64,000 nucleotides of DNA. Origin: Eutreptiella sp. 'Long Island Sound 2002' (lineage: Eukaryota > Protista > Euglenida). The notes under the pieces are model-generated. The model ran no database searches. It saw only the letters and a list, made by a program, of their open reading frames with translations, and was not told the origin of the DNA. Below are positions 47,291 through 58,956 of the stretch, piece after piece (the first letter of the stretch is position 1; every line of letters begins with the position of its first letter). The stretch covers positions 21,204,001 through 21,268,000 of the forward strand of contig OZ038379.1 of NCBI GenBank assembly GCA_964036045.1. Reading direction: 5' to 3'. A program made the translations under genes and the position numbers.

Positions 47291-50200
47291 GATGGTGGCT
47301 GGAGGGCTTGACCACAGGTATGGCAATACTGGAGCAATTATTGCCCAAACAGCTGCCAACGGCAAACGATGAAGAAAGTGAACTGTGCCGACGATTGCAC
47401 AACTGTGGTTGTGTATGAAGGATGCTTAATGGTAGGGCGTGTACTGGACAATTCAGTCCAAGTAGAGGCATACAAGTCTGATACGGAGGACTAGATAGTG
47501 ATAGCGATCAACAGAATGCTACTTATTGTTGATGACATAAATTTGATGACATGAATAAATAGATAATAGCCTGGACAGGTGTTGTCTCGATCCCTCCGTC
47601 TAACCCTATTGTTGTATCCACCATTGCACTAGTCTCCTTCTCACTTTTGCAAAGTTCCCAAGGCAGTCGTCTCCACACTACATGTATCGCGGTGCGGATG
47701 TGGATGGGGATGTTGATCGGGACGGGACGAGAATGAGGGTGCGGATGCAGGCACGGATGCGGATGGGGATGACGACAACAATGGGGCCGGAGATGCAGAT
47801 GAAGATGCGTAGTCTTACTCGCACGAGAGACAGCGCCGATTGCGTGCCCTGATTTGGCCTTGTAGAGCAAAGGCATTTTGGACTGTACGATAGCAAGGAG
47901 GAATTTACCCCTTGATCCAGAGAACAACGGGAGTTCCTGCAGGAACGAGGGTTCTGCCCAGAGGGTGTGCCCGCATTGTGGCGCTTGCCTCGGTGGTCAT
48001 GCCAGCTGCATGGCCAGTAAGCACCGCTTGTGCCGTGGCCTATGTCAGCCCCGCCGCCATTGACGCTGTGTTGCACTCACCATCCATTTTTGGGCTAAGA
48101 GAGACAGGCTCACAACAAATTCAACTGAAATCCGGGCAGGGGCTCTCTGTGAAGTCTTCCAATACCGTCCGGGGCGCACACTAAGGGGCTGGGAGTGGCA
48201 CAGGCTGGCGCACGGGCCACGGGGCGCCAAGCGGGAGGGGGGCCAGCCGGGGCGACGCCACAGTGAGCACGGTGCAGAGGAAGAGTAGTGAGTGGTCGAC
48301 CCGTGCCTGTTGTCCCAGGTAGGGCAGGGATGCAGCAGCGCGCGTGCACAACCAGCGGTACCAACCCAACGCCAACCTATGGTAGCCCAAGGCCCGAGGT
48401 TGGTGGTCCAAGGAGAGGAAGGAGCAAAAAGCGTTTGGAAGCCCCAACTTAAGGGTTTGCCTGGCCTTCAACCTGTGGCCCCTCCTTTTTGGTGGTGAAG
48501 AATTGTACAAGGGTTGAGAACGCGTGTTGGCCACATTTCTCTCTCTCTTTTTTTTTTTTGGAAACAAGGGCCAAAAATGGCCAAAAACGTCTGGCATATC
48601 TGAGGGGTGGGTTTTCGTCTTGCTGGTCTTGCGCCAACATGTTGTTCCTTCAGCCAAAAGTGAAAATCGGTAACTTCATCTGATTGCGTTAACAAAACAA
48701 AATACAGTTGCACTGCCGGTCCCTCTTCGCTCGTACCTAAGGCATTTGTGAATTTGTTTGAAGTGATTTTATTGGAGAAGGGACAGGGATGCGATGAAAT
48801 CTGCAGCACAACTGGCCAACATTCAGGGTTTATCAACTGCCATCCGCTTCATGCGCAAAGTTTCCAAAAAAAAAAGGGACAGCACTGAAGAACATTAACA
48901 AAATCAGTTCTGCTGCGGCGCCAGTTGTTAGTGGTGCTAGACCTGTGCCCAATGTTGTGCGTGGCTTTCGGATGGATTCCGACCTTCTATCAGTAGCCTG
49001 ACTACCTGAGGCCACAAGACCAGACCCAAAGCTGGCCCCCACCCATGAGGCTTCTCCTTCCCAACTGGGGGTCCAAGAATGCACATTTTGTGGAGGCAAG
49101 CTGCGCCATAGTCTTGGCATCACAGTACAGGGTGGCGTCGTTTTTTTGAAAAAGAACAGCCCCCCCCCCCCCCCTACGTGGCGGTTGGCGGTCATCCACA
49201 GGCTGTTGCTGGCCAATGGCTTGCTCTCTCGTCAATCTTCGCAAGCAAAGTGTCAACCGATGTCACTTCATTGCCAACAGCCATCAGTCAAGCATGCACC
49301 TCCGTCAGCCGTCGTTGAATGATACCTGTCCAGGAATACGCATACTGTCCTTCTGAGGTTCCCTGTTGCACTGGAAAGCCACAGGCTTTGCGTCTTCAAA
49401 GGCGTTTCGCGGCCTCATCACGTTCACAATGGTCATTTTCGTTTGAAACAGACTGACAAGTGGCAGTCCCCAATCACCAAAGTAGAAGCAAGTATTGACC
49501 ATTTTTAGGACGAGGGTTTTTGATGTTTATGTGCTCAAGACAATGGTTGTTTGAGATTTCCGGCACTGAATTTCTGTGTTTTGAGGGTCACCACGGATTA
49601 TGTTCACACTGGCACAGCTGTGAAGACCTGCTGCTGGCACTAGCCCTCTCTGCCACACATCACACCTCCTCGTGGTGCAGTTGCTGATGCCCTTACTGGA
49701 TGATTTGTCCATTCTGCACATGCATTGAAGAATGAGGCTGCCACATCTTGAACCGCAGTATTTGGTGAATGTCGGAGACAATGCGAAGGTATCCCCCTGG
49801 CATCCCTGGCGCTTGGTACGGTAGGACCAACATCCTCACCCCCTAGGCGGTCGGCCACACTTGGTTGCCCAAGTAAGCCGAGCTTGGACCTGACATGACT
49901 ATTGGCGCCAAAGGCATCTGACGGAAAATTCTCTAGATGGTGGCCCAACCCAACCCGAAAAATCCCCCTACTACACCATATAATACCTCAATTGATAGTG
50001 CGACACGGCGATGATATTGAGGAGTTGCATGTTGTGCCCCCCCCCCCCCCCGGTCCGAATAACCCAGTAGAGCCCGGGGCGCCAGTGTAGCCAGCGGAGG
50101 CGGGGTCGCGGGATGAACATGAGCTCACCTAACACTCAGCGGACGCGCCGAACATTGGCATGAAGGACAGAAGGCGATGACAGCCGCGGGGCAGGCGCGG

Positions 50201-50873
50201 CCAGAGCCTCATGCGGACACTGCAACGTGACCATATTGAAGCCCCCGTCCGAACTGAATGATTCTGGCATGAGGTCAGGATCATGCTGCCCCGTCTCCCT
50301 GGCCTTCTGGTGTAGGATATGTGCACTGGGGAAGGTAGGCAGGCCAAGATGGGAGTGGACATGCTACCGACCTCTGGATCACCTGCCCTTGCGAAGGTAC
50401 TGTAAGGTACGCTGGTGGGACTTGAATGTGATTGACGCCCCCCTCCCCCAGAAAAGAAGTCTCCCTGGCCCTGCACAGAGAGCCACGCCCCGAAACCACA
50501 GTGCCAAGCAACCCCTGCTTTTCCTCAAAATCCAACGAGGCCGATAATGTAGCGCACCGCTGATGGGTGACACTTGCTGATCCGGAACCCCCTGGCCCTG
50601 TGTTGGGTCTGGTTGGTGGTGAGCACCCTCCAAACTTCAGAGTGAGTGTACTTGCGTGACACATGTCAACACTTGCCTGACACTTCCCCCCAAACTTCAT
50701 GGTCATGGCAATGACTGAGTGTGAAGCATGGGCAAGGGGGGCTCGCCCCCCCCCCCCCTCTGTGGATGCAGACAATGAGAGACTTCATGGGGAATGGACA
50801 CACACTTTGAGACATAGCCTATGGGCCTCTTTGCGTCGCGTCTTTGAGTCGACCGTGGTACTGCGTTGCTCAG

Positions 50874-51151
50874 GGACCCCAAAGAGCCCCGAAAGGGCTT
50901 TCCAAGAGCGAGTTCCAGCGGCCGTTGTCGACCCTTCGGATGGACCGCCCGAGGGAGTCCGAACTGGAGGAGATCCGGCAGCTGCAGGATTTGGAGCTGA
51001 AGGTCAAGAGGCAGAACACCCGATTGCAAGCGCTGGAGCCTCTGCCGCTGCCGGCCCACCGCCTGGGGACCCCGATCGGGAGCGGCGACGGGAAGACCAG
51101 CACCGACCGGCTTAACAGTGGCCCAGACGGCGGAGTATTGCCGCCCAAAAA
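50874..51151 (+). CDS. Exon of an unidentified coiled-coil protein
   Basis: tgctcag acceptor, aa|gtatga donor (phase 2); ESELEEIRQLQDLELKVKRQNTRLQALEP; GC3-rich. Confidence 0.55.
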
Positions 51152-52328
51152 GTATGATGCGTATTGGCCCCGTGGCCGGACCGGGTGCGGGGTGCTGCCC
51201 CCCCCCCCCCCCCCTTCCCCGCCCACTTGCAATAGCACGACCTTGTCTGGGCACACGGCGAATCCGTCCGACCAGTGGATTTCTGACCGCAGTTTTATGG
51301 TCAAGAATACAACAGGAAATGTTTGTTAGCGGGCTGTAGTGGGGCATAGGGGCTGGGCCGTGTGTGTGTGTGTGCGGTTGTTTGTGCTCATCACAACGTT
51401 GTGCCGAAGACTGCAACAGGCTGCCGCTTGGTGTGCCCTTCAAGCAACTTCGTGTCGTACCTTGTATTGGGGGGACTGTGGCTCGGGTGACCTGCGACCT
51501 CCTCCGGCCCCCGAGGGGCGCATGGGGCGTAGCCAGGACGTGTGGTCCGTGGCGCTCTTTGGCTGAGCAGAGGGGCACAGGTGGCGCAGCACAGAGTGCT
51601 GGACCAGCGGGGGGCGTCCTGGTGGATGGAAGGTCCTGGGGTGTGCTGAGCACTTCCCTCGCCCCAGGAGCCCCTTAGTGAGCCGAGCCCCCTAGTGAGC
51701 CCGCTGCGCCTGGGACACCTCAGACGAGATGGGACCCTGAGGGCTACACCGCTCGCCGACCCCTCCTGTGTGCAGGGGGGGGGGTGGAGGACCCGCATTC
51801 GGGTCTCAGCATGTGAGTCCCCACCAGCGGCCTTGGGGCAAGGCCCCCATGCCCCGCCCGCTGGGGCCCGGAGCACTGGGCACACACAGCCCCCCCCCCT
51901 CCCCTCAGCAGCACATGACCCCCCCCCCCTGAGGGGCACAGCACGGACGGACAGCACCACTGTGCGCACGGCGGAGGTCGCCCGCCAAGACAGACGCCGG
52001 GCCGGGCACCTCCCCGAGGTGAGACCTGGTAGGCCCCTTAGCATCACCCCCCCCACGGGGGGGGCGACTCCGCGGGTCCTAGGACGCCAACTACCCCTGC
52101 CCCCCCCCCCCCCCCTAGGGGCCTTCGGCCAACAGTTAGTTGCCAAAGGTGTCGCCCTCAGGCGTCCATGGGCGCCTAAGGCGCCCGATGCTACATGAAC
52201 ACCAAAGGTGCCTTAAGGAAAATTTGGTCCAATTTGCACCCCAACACTATCCTTAAACCCAACCTTGCTTCTAACACCCACCCCCAACCCTCAGCCTACT
52301 TCTATCCCTACACCTAACCCTAACCCTA

Positions 52329-53479
52329 ATCAAGACTGAATATTGGGACCGAGCTGGTGAGGGAGGGAACATCAACTATGATTGGTCAGGGACATCAAGA
52401 ATGATTCACACATTGATGGCTCTTGACAAAGTGAAATCAGCTTGCAAGTGAACCCCATCACCACAAGGCCCACTTTCAAGGCTTTTTGGACTTCTGAGGG
52501 GCCAAAATGCCCCAAAATGGGCTTAAAATGGGCTCATTACACCCGTTTGTGCACCCCAAATGGTCTAGGATGAGGTTTGGGAAAATGCATTTTTGACCCA
52601 ATTTTGACCCATTTTTGGTCCCAAAACAGCCCATTTTCAAGGCATTTTGGGATTTTCAGAGGACGAAAATGGGCCACCACAAGCTGGAAACGGTCCAAAA
52701 ACACTTGTTTTAGCATCACACATGGTCTAGGATCATTTTTGAGAAAAGTCAACTTTTTGCCCCTACTGGACCCTGTTGACCCATTTGGGCACCCACCTGT
52801 TTGGGCTTGAGCTTGCAGCTTGCCGCAGCCCATTGGGCCTAGGTATTGGGGTTTAGGCGTCCGGTTGGGCAATTTTGAGGGGTGGAAACCACAAAAAGTG
52901 GGGGGTTGCGGGTGGAGTAGGTGCCCTAGGAATCGCATTTTGAGCCATGTAGCCAAAGATATGGCCTATTCTTGGTTTGTGGTTGTCGGCATTTGGAGCT
53001 TCTGGGGGCCTTTTTGGAACGTTTCCGGGACATATCATGGCGTTAGAGGGCCGCAAAGAGCTCGTTGACACGGGGAAGTCAAGCCGCACGTGGAGTGTAC
53101 CCACCATTTCCCTTCGTTTGGCCGTTTTGAATGTGTTCCAGAGCTTTTTTGGCCCGAAAATGGCTGCTTGTGGCCCTAAATTGCAGTTTTTGAAACTGAC
53201 GTCGGCCACTTGCGAATCCCGTTCCCGGCTGCCACCGTTGAGTTTCTCGCTCAAACTTTGTGTGATTGTACTTCACACCCATAGGTATCATCCACCAAAA
53301 TTTCAGCCAAATCTAAAGCACCACGACGGAGTTCTGATTTTTCCCCATTTCGCGCGTGCTGCTGCTTGCTTGCTGCTTGCTGCTGCTTGCTGCTGCTTGC
53401 TGCTGCTGCTAAACCTGGTAGGTCCACCCTAGACACTAAAAAGGGTTATAAAACCAAGACTGGTTCCACCAGCTCGGTG
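52329..53479 (-). mobile_element. Non-autonomous element with asymmetric TIRs, copy A (1151 bp); Helitron2/Helentron-like architecture
   Basis: Minus-strand 5' end CACCGAGCTGGTGG; inverted copy CACCAGCTCGGT ends 19 nt before the 3' end; (GCAA/GCAGCAA)n near the 5' end; flanks gggctagggt|..|tagggttagg; no TSD. Confidence 0.75.
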
Positions 53480-53699
53480 ACCCTAGCCCTAACCCTAGCC
53501 CTGGCTCTCACCCTAGGCTAGGGTCAGAGTGAGTGTTGGGGTCCAAAATGAAGAGCGATGATGTGGCAAAAGCAGCCATGAACGAAATTGGGGGGATCTT
53601 GTTCAGCCCAATCAACATGGCTGGCATGGCCAAACCAACTAGCTGCAAAGGTTAGGGTTAGGTTTATGGTGATGGTATGGTTGGAGGGAGGGCAAGGGG

Positions 53700-54010
53700 A
53701 GGTAAGGGGAGCCTGTGCCCCCCTCCCCCCCCCAACACCCCAAATCGCCCCACCTGGACCCCCCCCCCCACCACCCCGAATTCCGAATTGCCCCACTTGG
53801 ACCCCCCCCCCCCAACCGACCCTCCCGGAGCCCCCCCCCCCCCCCCCCAGCCCCTCCTATACCCCCCCCCCCTTCGCCCTCCCTGAACCCCCCCCCTCAG
53901 ATGCCCCCCCCCCCCCCCCCCCCAAGGGGCCTCCGGCCAACAGTTAGTAGAGGGGGTAGTTGGCGTCCAGAACCGAGGGGTCGCCCCCCCGTGCCCCCCC
54001 CCCCACCACC
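53700..54010 (+). repeat. Extremely C-rich repeat (G4-capable on minus strand), ggccaacagttagt family
   Basis: More than 10 runs of C6-C19; homology to 12635-12900 and 52010-52150. Confidence 0.7.
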
Positions 54011-54313
54011 CCACATACGCACACAGACAACACTCACAGGCACGGCGGTATCTCCCTCCCACCAGCGCCTCAGTGAGGTTTGGGGATCGTCAGCTGTCTA
54101 GACAGCTGTTACATCAGGCAACCGGAGGCTGAGGCCCTGTCACACCAGCAACGTAAGGTCGCACAGGCTGTGGGACCCCCCGCCTTCTGTGCAAGCTGAG
54201 ACCCCCCCCCCCCCCCCGCACAAGCACGGCCCAAGTCAGGGACCGCTGTGGTCAGACAGGGATCCCGTGCTTCAATAAGGCCATGTTTATGCACGCCCCC
54301 CCCTGGGGGGGGG

Positions 54314-54573
54314 GGTCAGGCCCCATCGCAGTAGATCCTCATGCCCCCGTTTGGGGTTGAGGATCCTGACTTCTGGCCCCTGCCGTCACGCACGGTTGTT
54401 TTGTTATACTTCGTCCCCCGAATTCAGAACATTATGTGTAGCGTCAAAGAAAGTGAATGGTTTTTGTAGCGTGCGCTCTACAGTCCCCAGACCAGACAGC
54501 CGCGCCATGCACCCAATGCGCACCCGAGTTTGTCGCGGCATGTGCTTGACTACAGATCAGGGCACGCCTTTGT
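54314..54573 (+). mobile_element. Young dispersed repeat, copy 1
   Basis: 260 bp, 2 mismatches by eye against the reverse complement of 63741-64000; hairpin gatcctca-tg-cccc-cgttt-gggg-t-tgaggatc at 54334-54365. Confidence 0.9.
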
Positions 54574-54979
54574 TCCCTGCTTGCGCTTGAACCCCCCACC
54601 CCCCCAACCCCCTCTCAAGCTGCGTCCTTCAGCAGAGCCACCAACCCCCTGCTCAGTCCAACCAACCGTTGTCCATTGATCACAAACCCCGTCTGAATCC
54701 ATCACATCGGGCCTTCACAGGTCGGGTGCATCTTTGCAACAAGAAGTATACCATAGGCCAAATACTGCCATCAAAATCTCACCATCAAAATAACTAGGAA
54801 GTCGAGGGTGCCATCGTATTGGTGCATCACAGACGACCGTCATAGTTTGCACAACTTCAGGTCTTGTGCCAGCATGGAAATTTGCCAAGTGGCGATCTAT
54901 TTCTGTTTCGCTGTAAATTGCGATGTAAATTAATTGCTTGTTTTGATGCACACGCATGTGCGCGGTGGATTTGTCTCAG

Positions 54980-55142
54980 GCAAAGAGAGCTGAACGAATT
55001 TCATGCGTTGAGATCCAAGTTGTGTCAGTTTAGTTATCAATTTGCGCAATCCAATTTTGACCGCGACATGAACGACCTGGTGACACGAGTACAAGCCCAG
55101 GAGGATGCCAAGAGAGCGGCGAGGGAAGTGACTGCAGTCAAG
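54980..55142 (+). CDS. Next exon of the same unidentified protein (may instead run to TGA 55169)
   Basis: tttgtctcag acceptor in phase 2 completes AA+G (Lys); QRELNEFHALRSKL..FAQSNFDRDMNDLVTRVQAQEDAKRAAREV; aag|gtgcc possible donor. Confidence 0.55.
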
Positions 55143-56144
55143 GTGCCTCCTGCCTCAATCTGTATTTGACAAGCGGTTTTGGGCCTTGGTTTTGGGCCCA
55201 TTGCTCCTGGTGGCGATTGTAGCCCTTGGTGATGCTTGTGGCTGTGACGGTTGTGATGCTGGTGGTGGTGGTGGTGCTGCTGCTGCTGACAGTGGCAGTG
55301 TGACCATGGCTTTCACACACCCACGGTCATCCCCTCTACGGTCACGTGTATGAACCCTTCGTCCCAAAGTCCGGCCAGGCATCAGCCCCCCGGGGTCCGC
55401 AGAATGGCAAGGGATGCATGCCTCCTTTCTGGAAGACGGCGATGAGGTCTTTGCCCAATATCGCAGCAGTTTTGAGAACCGCCTCAGCTGCAAAGGAAGG
55501 AGGTGGCGCACTCAGCTGCAGGCTGAGGCGCATGGGGGTCCCTGTTTGGGGGCCGTTTGCCCTCGAACGGGAGGTCCGAGCGCCACTCTGCCGGGACTCG
55601 GAGTGAGGGGGTTCCTGGGGGACGCAAGTGATGCATCTCAAAACAGTCACGCCCTGATCCTGTTGAGGTATGTGTTTTGGCATCAACAAATCTGCCCGTT
55701 CCCGATGCCTTCGAACGCTTGTGACCCCGCCCCTCCCCAACATGAACACACTACCACACAGTGACATCCCCATTGCATGACGAAACCCACCCATCCGCCA
55801 TTTCTCATACATGCAACTTGCTCCAGGTATATCAGGCCAGAAGCAATATTGGAGCTCTTGCTGCTTTTTGGGGCATGGCGCATCTCCTCATGAAGCGCAA
55901 TAGAAGGGTCTGATTCCCTACCAAGCTTTGGAGAGTATGTTAGCGCGCCGGGCGCGCTGGGCAATCTTTTCTCTTATCTTCCCCCAGTTCCCCCCATTTT
56001 TTGTCCCCGTGTTGGGGACACATTGTTGTTTGAAAACGGATATTTTGATGCTTCTTTCGCATCGGGGATATCGTATATTTGGATTTTCACCCACTTTCAC
56101 CATTTTTAACACTTTTTTTTGTTCATTTCCACCACAACCACTCC

Positions 56145-56343
56145 TTTCTAGGTTGATTTATCCCCACCATGGGGACCCCGGGAAGGCAAGGGTGATGTAG
56201 CCATATTGATCTCTCCCCACCATGGGGACCCCGAGAACGCAAGGTGCCCTAACCCTATCCCCTTTCATAATGGCAATGGGGTTATGGTAGTTGTGTGATG
56301 CATAGAACGCTAACCCTATCCCCTTTTATAATAGGAATGGGGT
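56145..56343 (+). repeat. 53-bp satellite followed by 61-bp telomere-motif satellite (left flank of element B)
   Basis: tccccaccatggggaccccg units, then ccctaaccctatcccctttcataatgg..ggggtta.ggtagttgtgtg units. Confidence 0.85.
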
Positions 56344-56495
56344 CACCGAGCTGGTGGAACCCGTCTTGGTTTTATAACCCTCTTTAGTGTCTAGGGTGCA
56401 CCCAACAGGTTTGGCAAGCAAGCAAGCAAGCAAGTAGCAAGCAAGCAGCAAGCATGCGTGAAATGGGAAAAAATCACAGCTCCATCGTGGTGCTT

Positions 56496-56927
56496 GTGCG
56501 CCACCGCCGCCATCCAGTGAGGGAACAAGGACAGGGCCTCTTCATGCTCGATGCACGACCGCGACACCAGCAGTGCGTGCAGCGGTGCCCTCTGAAAGGT
56601 TGCCCGCAGGTCGCCGGGGAGACCGGCAAACGGGTTCCACGGCGGACGCTGCAGGATCCTCCCTGCCGGCGGGCAGAAGGGTATGTCACCGCGCAGGAAC
56701 GCGTATACCGCCCTCCTTCGATCTTGCATCGGCAGCTGCATGATCTGGGTGAGCCGATGGTTCCTGCGGGCATACACATCTTCCCCAATCTGGACCATGT
56801 CCTCCACAAAGAGCCTGGCCTTGGCAGGGCCCCGGGACGACGCCGCTCGCACCGCAGTGAACAGCCGCTTCAGGTCCCCGGGGACGACACCCGCCATCAG
56901 GGATTCAGTCCACCTGCGGCCGTGCTC
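56496..56927 (-). pseudogene. Captured GC-rich coding fragment (432 bp) inside element B
   Basis: Absent from copy A at the aligned position (gtggtgctt|tagattt); open on the minus strand across its whole length (EHGRRWTESLMAGVVPGDL..LFVEDMVQIGEDVYARRNHRL..). Confidence 0.6.
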
Positions 56928-58172
56928 GGGATTCGGCCAAAATTTTGGTCGATGCTACCTATGGGTGTGAGGGACAACCACACAAAGTATGAGCCAAAAA
57001 CTCATTGGCGGCGGCTAGGAGTGGGCGTCGCAAGTGCCAGACCTCCATTTCAAAATCTGCAATTTAGGGCCAAAATCAGCCTTTTTTTTTTTGCCCAAAA
57101 CCGCCCTACAACGTGATGAAAATGGCCAAATGACTGGAAATAGTGGCTACTCTACACATGCAGCTAGACTTCCCCGTGCCGAAGGGCCCTCTAGGGCCCT
57201 CTAACTCCACAATATGTCCGCGAACCACCCCCAAAAGGCCCCCAAAAGCCCCAAAATTTGTGCACATTGGCCGCCGACAGCCCCAAACCAAAAACAGACC
57301 ATATCTTGGGCTACGTGGCTCAAAACGTGATTCCGAGCGCACCTAATCCACCCACAACCACCCACTTTTGGTCGTTTCCAGCCCTCAAAATTGCCCTAAC
57401 CGACGCACAGACGCCCATACTTGGCTGCGGCAAGCTGCAAGAGGTAGCCCAAAGAGGTGGGTGCCAAAATGGGTCAACAAGGTCCACCGGGTGCAAAAAA
57501 ATGACTATTTTTAGAAAATGATCTTGGACCACATGGAATGCCAAAACAAGTGTTTTTGGCGCGTTTTGAGCTCGTGGTGGCCCGTTTTGGCCCTCCTAAG
57601 ATCCCAAAATACCTTGAAAATGGGCTGTTTAAGGACAAAAAATTGGTCAAAAATGGGTCAAAAGTGTGTTTTTCCAAAATTGATCCTAGACCAGTTGGGG
57701 TGCCTAAACAAGTGGAATGAGCCCATTTTTGAGCCCATTGCAACCCATTTTGGCCCCTCCAAAGTCACAAAATGCCTTGAAAATGGGTTGTTTCGCGACC
57801 AAAAATGGGTCAAAATGGGTCAAAAATGTGGTTTTTCCAAAAATGATCCTAGGCCATTTGGGGTGCACAAATAAGTGAAACGGGCCCTTTTTGAGCCCAT
57901 TGCAACCCATTTTGGCCCCTCCAAAGTCACAAAATGCTTTGAAAATGGGTTGTTTCGCGACCAAAAATGGGTCAAAAATGGGTCAAAAATGTGGTTTTTC
58001 CAAAAATGATCCTAGACCATTTGGGGTGCGCAAATAAGTGAAATGAGCCCTTTTTGCAAGCCATTTTGGCCACTCCAAAGTCACAAAATGCCTTGAAAAT
58101 GGGCTGTTTTGGGACCAACAATTAGTCAAAAATGCATCAAAAATGTGTTTTTCCAAAGATACTTTTGGACTA

Positions 58173-58653
58173 CCGGGGGGGGGGGGGACTCCGCGGGGGG
58201 AATTATCCACGGGGAAAATTCCGTATTTCAACTCGGTGCGGAATTTTCCCCTCATTTTTCGAGGGGAGGTGCGGAATTTTCCCCATGCGGAATTTTGCCT
58301 GTGTAAGCCACCGTAGGACCCGGTTGGGTTTTTTTCTTGGCGTGATCATGCTGAATAAGGGGGCTAATGTGTGCTAGTGTCTTATCAGCAGCAAGGCGCA
58401 AGCTTGTGGGTATGCTCTGCAATATTTCCCGCCACTCGTTGTGTGCCAAAATGCCAAGGATTGTCAATGGACGCCGATCCGTGGTGCTTGAACGAAAAGA
58501 CAAGTCGCCTGCTGCCGTTCGTTGTCAATCCGGTCGTTGTTAGCTCATCCCCTTTGTTTGCAATGCACTCAAGATTTGGGACAGGTGCGGAATATTCCCC
58601 GTGCGGAATTTTCCCCTGCGGAAAAAACCCCGTACAAAATCCCCCCCCCCCGG
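58173..58653. mobile_element. MITE (481 bp) with CCG(n) TIRs and TA duplication, nested in element B
   Basis: TA|CCGGGGGGGGG..CCCCCCCCCGG|TA with TA at 58171-72 and 58654-55; subterminal gcggaat(t/a)ttcccc repeats at both ends in inverted orientation; interrupts a tandem unit of B. Confidence 0.85.
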
Positions 58654-58956
58654 TATTTCGGGTGCACAAACAAGTGGAATGAGCCCTTTTTGAGCCCATG
58701 TTGAGCAATTTTGGCCCCTCTCAATGCCGAAAGGGCCTTGAAAATGGGCCACAAATGGCTTCAAAACTGGTCAAAACCATGGTTTTCCAAAAATGATCCT
58801 AGTCCAGTTGTGGTGCCCAAACGGATGAATACAGCTCATTTTGAGCCCCGTTTGAGCCGCTCTCATCCACTTTCCAGTGCGTACCTCATTTGTCGTTGAA
58901 GTCTCCTAGACGATGTTCCTTCCCCCACCAGCTCGGTCCCAATATTCAATCCTGGC

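Larger units (their letters stand above)
56344..58956 (+). mobile_element. Non-autonomous element with asymmetric TIRs, copy B (2613 bp), with captured fragment, ~162-bp internal tandem repeats and a nested MITE
   Basis: 5' CACCGAGCTGGTGG at 56344; CACCAGCTCGGT at 58926-58937, 19 nt from the end; flanks ggaatggggt|..|tagggtagtt rebuild the satellite consensus; tandem units start at ~57581, 57744, 57906 and 58060. Confidence 0.8.
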
